From positions 513,319-577,318 of the forward strand of contig CAZVTT010000001.1 of the NCBI GenBank assembly GCA_964629685.1: 64,000 nucleotides of DNA, given 5' to 3'. The stretch comes from an uncultured Gammaproteobacteria bacterium. Its GTDB lineage: Bacteria > Patescibacteriota > Microgenomatia > UBA10105 > UBA927. The notes below the pieces were generated by a model, which did not search any database, was not told the origin of the DNA, and saw only the letters and a program-made list of their open reading frames with translations. Each line of letters opens with the position of its first letter. Positions within the stretch are counted from its first letter, which is position 1. Shown piece after piece: positions 1-9,954 of the stretch. Made by a program: the position numbers and the translations under genes.

Positions 1-101
1 TTTTTGTTTGGAATTTTTTCACGATCTCATAGGGACATCTCTAGACAAGAAGGATTAATTCTGATGGGACTTTTCTGCGTTTTTGCCTTATTTAGCTTTA
101 C

Positions 102-473
102 TTAGTGTTTGCCCATAGCAGCATATATTTGGTCATCGGTCATACCGAAGTGATGTCCTATTTCGTGAACAACAGTTTCCTTTATCTGTTCTTTGATTGC
201 TATCGGGTCATATCCGCGGTACGTAAGAATTGGTCCGGCAAATATCGTTATTTTATCCGGTAGTGCGCCGTAGTAATTGAGTCTTTGGGTTTGCGGTATA
301 CCCTGATATAACCCGTATAGTGTCTGCCCCTGATGCACACCGCCTAAGCGTAGTTGATCGTACGTCGGCCATATTTCGACCGTTATTTGTACGTTATCAA
401 GCCTTTTGGCAAATTGTTCCGGTAGACTGTCCAGTGCTTCGCTTACGAGTTGTTCAAACTCTTCTCTGGTCAT
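102..473 (-). CDS. Minimal zincin-like metallopeptidase (DUF1025/COG3824-like)
   Basis: 123 aa; HExxH-type zinc motif HEIGHHFG near C-terminus; size and layout typical of the small zincin-like family. Confidence 0.55.
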   Translation of the reverse strand: MTREEFEQLVSEALDSLPEQFAKRLDNVQITVEIWPTYDQLRLGGVHQGQTLYGLYQGIPQTQRLNYYGALPDKITIFAGPILTYRGYDPIAIKEQIKETVVHEIGHHFGMTDDQIYAAMGKH

Positions 474-625
474 AGAATTTTCCTTTCGATAAACATCTCA
501 AACAATAATGCCTGCGAATAGAAAAAAGGAAAAATACTAAGGAATAATTACGGAAATACGAAGATAAATGCGCGAGTTAATAGTACTTATCCAAATTCAC
601 AAATGCAACGGTCAAAATGTAAAAG

Positions 626-2068
626 TTATTTGATGTTTGCCAAATCCCCCACGATCGTAATGGCCGGAGGTACTGTAAGGAAATAATCCTGCCACCGTTG
701 AAAATGTGCCAATGTAGCGGATGCCGGCCTGTCGGCTAACGCATCAAAATTCATCATCTGTCCGTACTGTTGGAGTCCGGTCTTTGCAAAGCTATACCGT
801 CCCTGTACGGACTTGGGAACTGCTTTTCTGCGAAGAGCTTCCCGCTGCAAATGGCCCTGAATGCGTTGGGTATCTACCAATCCGAATACCCGGGGAAGTA
901 TTTTTTTAGCTCCCATACTGGCTATTTGTTCATAGTCAGAAGTTTTATCGATTGTAAATTCTGCAGTACAAATTACCGTTTGTTCTCCCGGTGTAATGGT
1001 AGAAGCTCCGGGATTGTACGAAAGCCCGTTAGCGCGGATTACCTGATTCATTCCGTTATCCATAAATCCGACTATAGTCTCCAGTGCATAGTTATCAATA
1101 CTGTATGGTTCGCATTGCATAACCCATAAATATGAAATGGTAATTTTGCCGTTAGTAATGCCGGTGTCTCTGGTGTATATGGCACCCGGAGTAAACGCAG
1201 GATTGGTCCTTTCAAAAACTGCCCTGTTTGTGGATAGCGGATGTTTATCTGCGCGGGGAAAACCGTCAACCAACCTTCTGAGTTCATCAAAAACTGTTTT
1301 GTGTACAGGCATGTTGTATTCGCTGGTAATTGCGGCCGCTACCATACCGCGTGGAATTACGCTCTGATGGGCAATGGCGAGTATGTCCGCGGCTGTAATG
1401 TTGGCGACATCTTCCGGAGTACCGAATGCCCGCATAAGTACCGGGTTATCGGGACTGAGTGTTACTTGTTGGTTAAATAAATCGGCTCGGAATTGATGAC
1501 TGGCATATTTTAGGGATATTTCATTTACAACATTGCCTGTTTCTACGGCTACTGCATGTTCTAAATCTATAGTCATTTGTTCCGGTTCATAAAGCGTATG
1601 AGCCAGCAGTGGGATTATGGGCCAGATACCAATTTCGCGCACCTGGGGATTGGCAAGTCCCGCAAGTTTAAATTCTAAATGCGAGGGGGAAGTACCGGCG
1701 TTAAATATAGTTTCATAGTGTCTGGCAAGAACTCCGGGATTGTTGGCGGCCAGGTGTTCATACATATGTAAGGTACCTGATTTCTGTGGTGGGTCGTGTA
1801 TAGAACCTGTGGGGAAATACAAATACAGTGACGCTTCTACTGCATCCTGTACCGTAAACGGCATCGTCATAACCGTGGCGCCATTTCCGGCGCGGTACAG
1901 TTCTATATGATTATCGGCACAGTATCTATCCTCATCTGCGGGAGAAACGAAGATTTCCGGATCCCGTTGTGTTAACGGAATTTCCGGCGGCGTTGCGGTT
2001 AAATGTTCACCACCAAGCATAATGGTGGGATTATACTGTATTACCGGGGTAAATATATAATTTAGCAA
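626..2068 (-). CDS. M16 (pitrilysin/insulinase)-family metallopeptidase-like protein
   Basis: 480 aa; inverted zinc motif HxxEH present as HMYEH in the N-terminal third; alternative start at MLGGEH possible. Confidence 0.5.
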   Translation of the reverse strand: MLNYIFTPVIQYNPTIMLGGEHLTATPPEIPLTQRDPEIFVSPADEDRYCADNHIELYRAGNGATVMTMPFTVQDAVEASLYLYFPTGSIHDPPQKSGTLHMYEHLAANNPGVLARHYETIFNAGTSPSHLEFKLAGLANPQVREIGIWPIIPLLAHTLYEPEQMTIDLEHAVAVETGNVVNEISLKYASHQFRADLFNQQVTLSPDNPVLMRAFGTPEDVANITAADILAIAHQSVIPRGMVAAAITSEYNMPVHKTVFDELRRLVDGFPRADKHPLSTNRAVFERTNPAFTPGAIYTRDTGITNGKITISYLWVMQCEPYSIDNYALETIVGFMDNGMNQVIRANGLSYNPGASTITPGEQTVICTAEFTIDKTSDYEQIASMGAKKILPRVFGLVDTQRIQGHLQREALRRKAVPKSVQGRYSFAKTGLQQYGQMMNFDALADRPASATLAHFQRWQDYFLTVPPAITIVGDLANIK

Positions 2069-2291
2069 ATAAGTGAGTTCTCAAGATTACTGCCGGTATT
2101 GTAGGGGAAAACTGATATGGAATTATAATTTTTTGCTGCGGATTCTATATGAACATATTCAAAAGTTAGGCGAGTAAGAGATTAGTAGTATTAGCAGTAT
2201 AATTTTGTTTATGGTAAGGTTTTCGCATAGAATTATTTATTCTTATATGCATGTAACTACGTTACATTTTAAGAAAAAATAAATATTTATA

Positions 2292-2522
2292 TTGGGTATG
2301 AAAATTAGTGTTATTGTTAAGCCAGGAGTTCGGGAAGATAAAGTAGAAAAAATAGATGCTTCAACGTATTGCGTTTCCGTGAAAGCCAGGCCGGTAGACG
2401 GAAAAGCTAATGAAGCCGTCGTTGCTTTGCTGGCAAAGCAATTTTCCGTTCCCAGAAGAAATGTTTCCGTCCTAACGGGAGCACGCTCGAAAATAAAGCG
2501 TGTAGAAGTTATCGCCAAATAA
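2292..2522 (+). CDS. DUF167 (YggU/UPF0235) family protein
   Basis: 76 aa; characteristic VKARPVDGKANEAVV core of DUF167. Confidence 0.6.
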   Translation: MGMKISVIVKPGVREDKVEKIDASTYCVSVKARPVDGKANEAVVALLAKQFSVPRRNVSVLTGARSKIKRVEVIAK

Positions 2523-2580
2523 CTGCAATATCCCAATTGCCACATAACAACCGCTTGGGTGTTCCTGCTATAATCCCTTC

Positions 2581-3297
2581 ATGGACCGGAAAGAGGTTGA
2601 AATTATTTCCCATAATCAGAAAATGATCGGGACTTTGTTTACTCCCGATAATCCGGCTGGACCGTTACCGGCGGTGGTATTTTTTCACGGTCGCGGCAGC
2701 AGCCAGAAACGGTATTTACCCCGGGCGGAAAAGTTGGCGGAACGCGGGTTTGTAACGCTTGCTTTTGATTTTCGCGGCTGCGGCGGAAGTGACGGCGAAT
2801 TCGGTAAATTAACCTTAGAAGATGGTATCACCGACGCCATTACGGCGTATGATTTTTTACTTAAACAACCCCATGTAGACGTAAACCGTGTGGGTATAAA
2901 CGGCGGAAGTTATGGTGGCTATTTAGCGGCGATTATTAGTGCCAAACGTATAGTACCTGCACTGGTACTGGATGCACCGGCGGCTTACAAAGATGAATGG
3001 CTGCAGGTTGGATACGAAGATATTCCGATTGCGGAAGTAGGTACGTTCCGTAAAGACGGGGATATAGCAGGTACGCTATCGTTTTCGTGCATAAAATTGT
3101 ATACCGGTAATTTATTGGTGATCAGACACGAGAAAGACGAAGTTATTCCGCCGATTGTAGTTGAGAGCTATGTGTTATACGCCAAGACGAAACGGAAGGA
3201 AATGATAGTGCTTCCGGGCGCAATCCATAGGTTGGAAGGGGAATCGTACGAGAAAGCTTCAGAATTGACAGTTGAGTGGTTTATAAACAGTTTATAG
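2581..3297 (+). CDS. Alpha/beta hydrolase (dienelactone hydrolase / S9 peptidase-like)
   Basis: 238 aa; HGRGSS oxyanion-type region and nucleophile elbow GGSYGG. Confidence 0.6.
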   Translation: MDRKEVEIISHNQKMIGTLFTPDNPAGPLPAVVFFHGRGSSQKRYLPRAEKLAERGFVTLAFDFRGCGGSDGEFGKLTLEDGITDAITAYDFLLKQPHVDVNRVGINGGSYGGYLAAIISAKRIVPALVLDAPAAYKDEWLQVGYEDIPIAEVGTFRKDGDIAGTLSFSCIKLYTGNLLVIRHEKDEVIPPIVVESYVLYAKTKRKEMIVLPGAIHRLEGESYEKASELTVEWFINSL

Positions 3298-3384
3298 TAA
3301 GAGAATACAAGCGAGTGCGAATAAAATACGTTTTGTGCTTTTCTGATGAGCGGTGAGTCTGCTCTTGAATAAATGCTGGAATTT

Positions 3385-3852
3385 TTATTTCAGGAATAAC
3401 CGTTCGAACTGGTGGGTAATAATGTGGCGGTATATTTTTTTATCGAGGGGAGCAAAATCCGGGATATCTATACTTCCGTTACAGTTTATATCAGGTTCGG
3501 AACTAATCCAGGTTATGGCGCTATGACTTGAAGAGGGCCGTATGGTTCCGAATTCCGGAAGACTGCATTCATAAAACGACAAGTGAATTTTTGCAAACGG
3601 ATAGGTGTGGTCAAAATCGGCGATGTGATCCAATACCTTTACGTATATTCCCAGTTCTTCGTGAATTTCGCGTATCAGCGCTTGTTCGGCGGTTTCTCCC
3701 TTTTCAATTTTTCCGCCGGGAAATTCCCATTTACCCGCCAGTTCTCCCTTGGCGCGTTGAGCTATAAGATAGGTATTTCCTTCTTGGATAAAAGCAGCGA
3801 CTACGGGAATTGTTGAGTCTAGTGACATTGACAGTGTCCGCCGTGACCGCAC
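3385..3852 (-). CDS. NUDIX hydrolase (MutT-like)
   Basis: Nudix box GGKIEKGETAEQALIREIHEELGI (Gx5Ex7REUxEExGU); alternative start MSLDST about 24 nt downstream. Confidence 0.75.
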   Translation of the reverse strand: MRSRRTLSMSLDSTIPVVAAFIQEGNTYLIAQRAKGELAGKWEFPGGKIEKGETAEQALIREIHEELGIYVKVLDHIADFDHTYPFAKIHLSFYECSLPEFGTIRPSSSHSAITWISSEPDINCNGSIDIPDFAPLDKKIYRHIITHQFERLFLK

Positions 3853-4166
3853 ATACAGCCGTGTTCTTCAGACTCTACCGGTGTTACGACATACACGTAT
3901 TTCAGATCCGTTTCCGCTTTATTGGTAACATTGTGCATTTTTTGTGCCGGAATATATGCAAATCCGGGAGCCTGAACTTCGGCAGATTCCTGCTCCATGG
4001 TTATGGTGGCTGTACCTGCTATTATTACGAGTACTTCTTCCCGGGCATCAGTAGTATGTTCTCCTACGGCTTCACCTGGTTTAAGTACCACGCATCCCGA
4101 TTTAAGTTTATCCGACTGCGGGGGGTGTAGTAATGATTCACGGATGGTAAGTTTTTTTGTATGCAT
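3819..4166 (-). CDS. Cupin-domain protein with C-terminal Cys/His-rich metal-binding tail
   Basis: 115 aa; cupin-like beta-barrel pattern (GEAVGEHTT...H); tail HGCMCGHGGHCQCH. Confidence 0.5.
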   Translation of the reverse strand: MHTKKLTIRESLLHPPQSDKLKSGCVVLKPGEAVGEHTTDAREEVLVIIAGTATITMEQESAEVQAPGFAYIPAQKMHNVTNKAETDLKYVYVVTPVESEEHGCMCGHGGHCQCH

Positions 4167-4248
4167 ATGGGTGTATTTTAAACGAAAGGTATACGGACGG
4201 CAATTTGTATATTACTATAAATATGTACTGCAATTATTTGGAGCGAAT

Positions 4249-4443
4249 ATGGTGCTCAGTAAAAAATTTACGGTGTACTGCATAGTTACGGTTACCGCCG
4301 TGCTATTCGGTTTAAAAGTCGGACCCTTTTTTCTGAAACTGATTGCGGCACAAACGGATACGCTGCATACTGTATCCAGCGCACCTCCCGATATGAAAGA
4401 CATACCGGCATCTGCGTTAATCGCTACTCCTACGCCCGAATAA
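4249..4443 (+). CDS. Small hydrophobic protein (hypothetical)
   Basis: 64-aa internal-ATG ORF just upstream of obg with one predicted TM helix; no recognizable family. Confidence 0.2.
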   Translation: MVLSKKFTVYCIVTVTAVLFGLKVGPFFLKLIAAQTDTLHTVSSAPPDMKDIPASALIATPTPE

Positions 4444-4500
4444 AGTGGAAATTTAGCCCGTCCGTATACTCCGGATCACTATGCATGGTAAAATGCGGAT

Positions 4501-5463
4501 ATGTTGGTAGATTCCGTAAAAATTATCGTGCGTGGCGGAGCCGGCGGCAATGGTGCGGCTACGTTATTGCGGAGCGGTTTAACTGCTTTTGGCGGTCCTG
4601 ACGGTGGGAATGGTGGGAACGGCGGAAGTATTTTTTTCCGCGGTACTACCAACCTGAACGATCTTCAACCATTCCGTTTTAAGAAAAAGATTTTAGCGGA
4701 AGACGGCATAGCCGGTAGAGACAAAAAACTTTTTGGCAGAAATGGCAAAGATTTGCTTATCGAACTCCCGATAGGCACCCGCGTTACCGATATAAAGACG
4801 GGGAAGATTGTGGAAATTCAGGATACGGTTACAAAAATTCGAATAGTCCGGGGTGGAAAAGGGGGAAGGGGGAATTGCGAATTTGCGACGGCTACAAACA
4901 GAACGCCGCGCTACGCAGAACCGGGCGGAAAAGGTGAAGAAAAAACGCTACTTCTGGATTTGCGGATAATCGCTAAAATCGGTTTGGTCGGTTTGCCCAA
5001 TGCCGGGAAAAGTAGTTTGCTGGCAGCGCTAACCAATGCCAAGCCGGCTATCGGAGACTACCCGTTTACGACATTGGAACCGAATCTAGGCATGATGGGG
5101 AAATACGCCATTGCCGATATTCCCGGACTTATAGCAGGTGCAGCACAGGGGAAAGGGCTCGGAACTAAATTTTTAAAACATATAGAAAAAACCAAAATTT
5201 TGGTTCACTGCATAGATGTTATGAGTAACGATCCAGTAGGTGATTACGAAACTGTTCGAAAAGAGTTTACCCAGTTTAATCCGGAGCTATTGGAGAAACC
5301 GGAAGTCATTGTGCTCACGAAAACAGATACTGCTGCACCGGAACAGATACAAAAAGTTCAAACACACTTTACGAAAAAACACGGACGTATACTCACATGC
5401 TCCGTCATAGATACGGATAGTTTGGAAGCGTTAAAAGCGTATCTTATTCCCTTAGTCTCATGA
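4501..5463 (+). CDS. obg: GTPase Obg (short form, Obg fold plus G domain, no TGS/OCT extension)
   Basis: Glycine-rich Obg N-domain (GGAGGNG...GGNGGNGGS) followed by P-loop GLVGLPNAGKSSLL and DxPG switch. Confidence 0.85.
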   Translation: MLVDSVKIIVRGGAGGNGAATLLRSGLTAFGGPDGGNGGNGGSIFFRGTTNLNDLQPFRFKKKILAEDGIAGRDKKLFGRNGKDLLIELPIGTRVTDIKTGKIVEIQDTVTKIRIVRGGKGGRGNCEFATATNRTPRYAEPGGKGEEKTLLLDLRIIAKIGLVGLPNAGKSSLLAALTNAKPAIGDYPFTTLEPNLGMMGKYAIADIPGLIAGAAQGKGLGTKFLKHIEKTKILVHCIDVMSNDPVGDYETVRKEFTQFNPELLEKPEVIVLTKTDTAAPEQIQKVQTHFTKKHGRILTCSVIDTDSLEALKAYLIPLVS

Positions 5464-6183
5464 CCGGTTGTCCGGTTTACGGGCAACCACCAGCAGTGAA
5501 GAACCTATGGGGAGCGAAATCACCTTAAGAATATATGATTCCCACAGACAGATATGCCAAAGCAACGCATTAATAATTCTTGGCGGGATACTTACATCAG
5601 ATCTGTCTGAAAATTTTTCCAGTACCCGGGATAGAACGGTAAGGGGGAACACAAAAAAATAGGTATAAGTGGCTTTCTGGATCGTAAAGCCGGATGTCTT
5701 AATTTTTTTAGTTACATCCGAAAGTGTATAACGAACTCTGGCATGGTTGCGTGTATCGTGCCTGCTCATAAGTTGCGGAACGGCGCAGTCGGTTATGACT
5801 AATAATCCACCAGGTTTTAACGCGTAGTAAAAATTTTGGATTAATGTTTCGTCATTTTTTATATCCGTATGGTAAAGCACATCCAGGCAGGTGATAATAT
5901 CATATGCAGCCTTCGGAAATTTATACGTGTTCAGATCTTGTCGAATAAACGACAGTCCTCTTCTTTTCAAAAATTCCGCAGCAACGGGTGAAGACTCAAT
6001 TCGAGTTACGTTTCCCCATTGTTCTAAAAATTGACTCGTACCTCCGGTACCCGCACCTGCATCCAGAATACGAAGACTACGTTTAGGGATGGGAAGTACT
6101 TTTTTTAAATACTGCCGTTTGGCCAGAAACCACCAATGCGTTTCTTCCGCCGCGAACAGTAATCGGTATTCCTGCGATTCCAT
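5458..6183 (-). CDS. Class I SAM-dependent methyltransferase
   Basis: Motif I LDAGAGTGGTS; 241 aa; overlaps the obg 3' end by 6 nt (convergent). Confidence 0.65.
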   Translation of the reverse strand: MESQEYRLLFAAEETHWWFLAKRQYLKKVLPIPKRSLRILDAGAGTGGTSQFLEQWGNVTRIESSPVAAEFLKRRGLSFIRQDLNTYKFPKAAYDIITCLDVLYHTDIKNDETLIQNFYYALKPGGLLVITDCAVPQLMSRHDTRNHARVRYTLSDVTKKIKTSGFTIQKATYTYFFVFPLTVLSRVLEKFSDRSDVSIPPRIINALLWHICLWESYILKVISLPIGSSLLVVARKPDNRS

Positions 6184-6287
6184 AAAAGAGATACGTATAC
6201 AAGCGTTTTGTTCCTTACGGAATGTATTGTATCAGCTATACTATATTTATTCCGTGCATACACCTACGGAAGTGATTTTATTGTTGT

Positions 6288-7940
6288 ATGATAACAAAAA
6301 AGAATCTTGAAATCGGTTTATTCATCTTTTTTGCGGCATTATCATTATTCTTAACGTCACCGCATCTTACTTCTCAGTACTTTTACCGGCCTAAAGATCA
6401 TGTATTTATAGGGTTAAGTGGCTATTATGAAGATTTTTATTACTATCTTGACCAATTTAATCAGGGAAGGGAAGGCCGCCTTACTACTGAGAACAGGTTT
6501 ACTATAGAACGGTTTCCACCTACCTTTTTGTATTTTAATCATTTACTTTTCGGTAGACTCGGCGGCATGATCGGTCTGGCTGGCTATGAATCGTATAGTT
6601 TATTCGGGTTATTATTTAAATTGTTGTTTATTCTTTTCAGTTATCCGGTAATCTGGTTGTTTTTCCGCAGAAATGCTTTCCATAGAATATGTACGTATTT
6701 AATATTTTTGTATTCCAGCAGTCTTCCCAGTATTACGTTTGAAAATTGGACACTATCTATAGAACCGGCAACTGCGCTTTTCCGTACTTCTAATCGGGTG
6801 CTTACCAGATTCGGAACATCACCTAATGGTATGTTGGTTAATTTTTTATTTATTGTATTTTTGTTTATCTTTCTGAAGTTAATGCACGAAGGCTATAGTA
6901 CTAAAACAAAGACTCTCTTTTTGATCGGATTATTAGCACCGTTATTTTTGCTGCTGGCAATCGGAGATATGATTGCGGGGTTGTTCGTGTTACTTATAGG
7001 CATAGTAATTTTGATCGCAAATAGAAAATTAGTGAATATCGGCTCTGCAGTTCGGCTAAAAAGTCTACTTCTAGTGTTTTTAGTTATAACCGGTGTGGTA
7101 TTCGTATATATGATCCGCATTGTGAATCACGATCCCGTCTATAGTTCGGCAAATGACTGGGATGTAAATCAGTATCTGCAACAAATAAAAGCAGTAGGGA
7201 TTATAGGCATGATCCGCGGATTCGGTTTACAGTGGCCTTTGGGTTTATTTGGTGTATTCCTCCTGCTGAGAAAAAAACACGTATCCATTTATGAATCAAT
7301 TGCTACCGCAATTGTCCTTACCAGTTTTACTGGATATTATTTCCCTTTATTACTCCAACTCCCTGTTCCCGGATTTAGATTTATATTTCCTGCGGTATAT
7401 ATATTTCTGGCTGTATTCGTCATGACCGCACTTATCCGCATTTCCGGTCTGATTCAGCGGAAACATACCCTAATGATTTTAATTATCGTGTATATGACTA
7501 TTAATTTAACATCATTTTTACGGGTATGGGTTGATGAATTTCAACCGCTGAAAGAACCACTGTTTCATTTCGCATATATACCCAAAGAGCTCTATCAGGG
7601 ATTCGTATATTTAAGAAATGCTGAACCCAAAGACGGAAACGTATTAGCTTCACCGTACACTTCCATAGACCTGATGATACCGGGTCTAACCGGAAAACAT
7701 TCGTATACAGGTCATTTTTTAACCACATATAACGTGAGTGAGAAAGATGAGAATGCGAATAATTTATTTTTCGTCTGGGCAGACACTCCGCAAACCCATG
7801 AATTTTTACAGAAAAATAATATCCGGTTTATGGTCGTGACGAAATATTCACGGTCGGTTGATTTATTTAAAACCTATTATCCGTTCCTGAAAGTAGTATT
7901 CGAAAATCCAACGGTAACAATTTTCCGTTATGATTTTTAA
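6288..7940 (+). CDS. Polytopic membrane protein, GT-C-fold glycosyltransferase-like (ArnT/PMT-like)
   Basis: 550 aa, more than 10 predicted TM helices; acidic/aromatic first loop (YYEDFYYYLDQ) after TM1; convergent with the DegT/GT2 pair. Confidence 0.4.
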   Translation: MITKKNLEIGLFIFFAALSLFLTSPHLTSQYFYRPKDHVFIGLSGYYEDFYYYLDQFNQGREGRLTTENRFTIERFPPTFLYFNHLLFGRLGGMIGLAGYESYSLFGLLFKLLFILFSYPVIWLFFRRNAFHRICTYLIFLYSSSLPSITFENWTLSIEPATALFRTSNRVLTRFGTSPNGMLVNFLFIVFLFIFLKLMHEGYSTKTKTLFLIGLLAPLFLLLAIGDMIAGLFVLLIGIVILIANRKLVNIGSAVRLKSLLLVFLVITGVVFVYMIRIVNHDPVYSSANDWDVNQYLQQIKAVGIIGMIRGFGLQWPLGLFGVFLLLRKKHVSIYESIATAIVLTSFTGYYFPLLLQLPVPGFRFIFPAVYIFLAVFVMTALIRISGLIQRKHTLMILIIVYMTINLTSFLRVWVDEFQPLKEPLFHFAYIPKELYQGFVYLRNAEPKDGNVLASPYTSIDLMIPGLTGKHSYTGHFLTTYNVSEKDENANNLFFVWADTPQTHEFLQKNNIRFMVVTKYSRSVDLFKTYYPFLKVVFENPTVTIFRYDF

Positions 7941-7946
7941 ACCGTT

Positions 7947-9161
7947 CTAAGATCTTGGTTTACCGGCCATGCGAATTTCTTTACAGATATACTCGATATC
8001 CGTTTTAGAAAGTAGTGTGGACGATGGTAAATAAAGTCCATCCCGACAGAGTAATTCCGATACAGGGTAATGTTCTCCTTTAAATCGATGGTGCAACACC
8101 GGTTGCCAATGCATAGGGATAAAGAACGAGCGGGTTTCTATCCCTTTCTTGGCGAGTGAACGTCTGAGTTGATTTTTAGATATTCCAAATATTTTTTGAT
8201 CCACCAGTATTCCAAACATCCAATATACGTTTGTACTGCCTTTCGGTGTTGCAGGAAGTGTTAAGCCGGGAATATCGTTCAGAAATTTTGTGTACCAACC
8301 GGCGTTTCTTAATTTTTTTCCGGTTAATTCCGTAAATCGTTCTATTTGGCCAAACCCGATTGCCGCTTGCAGGTTCGTCATGCGGTAACCGAAGCCTGTC
8401 ATAGTATGCCAAAAATGTCTTTCGTGCGAAAATGCATGCCGACGTAACAGGTCAATCCGTTTGGCAATCTCCGAGTTGTTTGTAGTTACAACTCCGCCTT
8501 CTCCGGAAGATGTGGTTTTATTTGCATACATAGAAAAAGCAGCGACGTCTCCGATAGAACCTACACGCTTTCCGTTACATGCGGCACCTTGGGCTTCAGC
8601 TGCATCTTCTATCAGCCATAGATTATGTTTGCGTGCAAGCTGTTGTAGCGGTTTTAACTCTGCAGGTAGACCATAGATATGAACGGCGATAACGGCTTTG
8701 GTTTTTTTGGTAATTTTTTGCTCGACGTCTTTTGGATTTAGCGTCCACCTGTCCGGTACTGCATCTGCTAAAACTGGCGTAGCACCCGTATACATAACTG
8801 CGTTTATGGTTGCAATCATAGTAAACGTCGGTACTATGACTTCATCGCCCGGCCCAATTCCTAAAGCTGTGAGAGCTGTGTGCAAAGCAGTCGTGCCGCT
8901 ATTAACCGCATATGCATATTTCGTATTTGATATTGTTTCCGCGAAAAGATGTTCCAGTTCTTTAATATATTTCCCTTGAGAAGAAACCCAGGATGATCGG
9001 AATGCCTGTAATAAATATTTCTCTTCCCTTGGTGAAAAATTCGGTTCACAAACGGGAATAATTCGTTTTCCCGATAATTCCGGATCTTGTTCCGGTAAAA
9101 ACGGCAATATTTTTTTATACTCAGCCGTGGGAATTTTATGAATGGGAGCCAATGTTTTCAT
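7947..9161 (-). CDS. DegT/DnrJ/EryC1/StrS-family PLP-dependent sugar aminotransferase (ArnB-like)
   Basis: 404 aa; family-typical N-terminal block (YLLQAF...GKYIKELE) and aminotransferase fold signature. Confidence 0.8.
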   Translation of the reverse strand: MKTLAPIHKIPTAEYKKILPFLPEQDPELSGKRIIPVCEPNFSPREEKYLLQAFRSSWVSSQGKYIKELEHLFAETISNTKYAYAVNSGTTALHTALTALGIGPGDEVIVPTFTMIATINAVMYTGATPVLADAVPDRWTLNPKDVEQKITKKTKAVIAVHIYGLPAELKPLQQLARKHNLWLIEDAAEAQGAACNGKRVGSIGDVAAFSMYANKTTSSGEGGVVTTNNSEIAKRIDLLRRHAFSHERHFWHTMTGFGYRMTNLQAAIGFGQIERFTELTGKKLRNAGWYTKFLNDIPGLTLPATPKGSTNVYWMFGILVDQKIFGISKNQLRRSLAKKGIETRSFFIPMHWQPVLHHRFKGEHYPVSELLCRDGLYLPSSTLLSKTDIEYICKEIRMAGKPRS

Positions 9162-9162
9162 A

Positions 9163-9858
9163 TTATTGCGATTCTGAGAAAGCTACAGAAAAATATACGG
9201 GAAACATATTCCATAATTTGGATTTGCTAGTACCTCCGAGGCGTTTCGGATATACCGTCGGTATTTCCATTATACGGAAGCCTTTTTTTCGGGCAGTCAT
9301 TACCAGGCGCAGGTGATATTCTCCATATCCTCGATATATGTGATCCGGTTGTAGTTTTAGCACATCCTGCTTCTTAATTATATAGTAACCGCTGGTATTA
9401 TCCCTGCATGGGTATGAGAATAGAACCCGTATAAGGGAATTAAAAATTAAACTCGAGTAATATCTAAACGGATCATACATACCGCCACCGGGAATAAAAC
9501 GTGAGGCAATAACTAAATCTGCCCGTTTTGTAGCAGAAATGAGCAATGGAAGAGTACCGGGATCATGGTTATAATCCGCGTCCATACCAATAATAAAAAA
9601 ACCCCTCGCTTCCTGAATTCCTATTGCAATAGATTCTGCTAAACCAAGTCGTGTTTTATTTACAATAGACCTAACGGGAATACCGGACCGCGCGGTTTTT
9701 TTTACGATTCGTGCAGTCCCGTCAGGACTGTTATCGTCGATAACCAGAATCTCGTACGGATAGGATTTAAGCTGTTTATGAATAGCGTTAAGCAGTTCAG
9801 CAATAGCATCCGCTTCATTAAATGTGGGTAGGATTACGGAATAGAGAAGTTTTTTCAT
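9163..9858 (-). CDS. GT2 glycosyltransferase, polyprenol-phosphate sugar transferase (Dpm1/ArnC-like)
   Basis: SVILPTFNEADAI...VIDDNSPDGT and DADxxH; 231 aa with no C-terminal TM extension. Confidence 0.75.
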   Translation of the reverse strand: MKKLLYSVILPTFNEADAIAELLNAIHKQLKSYPYEILVIDDNSPDGTARIVKKTARSGIPVRSIVNKTRLGLAESIAIGIQEARGFFIIGMDADYNHDPGTLPLLISATKRADLVIASRFIPGGGMYDPFRYYSSLIFNSLIRVLFSYPCRDNTSGYYIIKKQDVLKLQPDHIYRGYGEYHLRLVMTARKKGFRIMEIPTVYPKRLGGTSKSKLWNMFPVYFSVAFSESQ

Positions 9859-9954
9859 TTGTACACTACGTGTTATAAACCGTTATCTGTATAAATTCAA
9901 GGGAATTGCCGGTATTATGGCGATAATGTTTCTACATGATATAATACGGCCACT

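Noticed and set aside
3997-4443. 148-aa plus-strand ORF overlapping the cupin gene
   Set aside because: The 5' two-thirds is antisense to the cupin CDS. Only the downstream 64-codon portion from 4249 is kept, as a low-confidence small ORF.
4540-4650. Glycine-rich repeat (GGAGGNG...GGNGGNGGS) that might be taken for a low-complexity or repeat element
   Set aside because: It is the normal glycine-rich Obg-fold N-domain of Obg GTPases.
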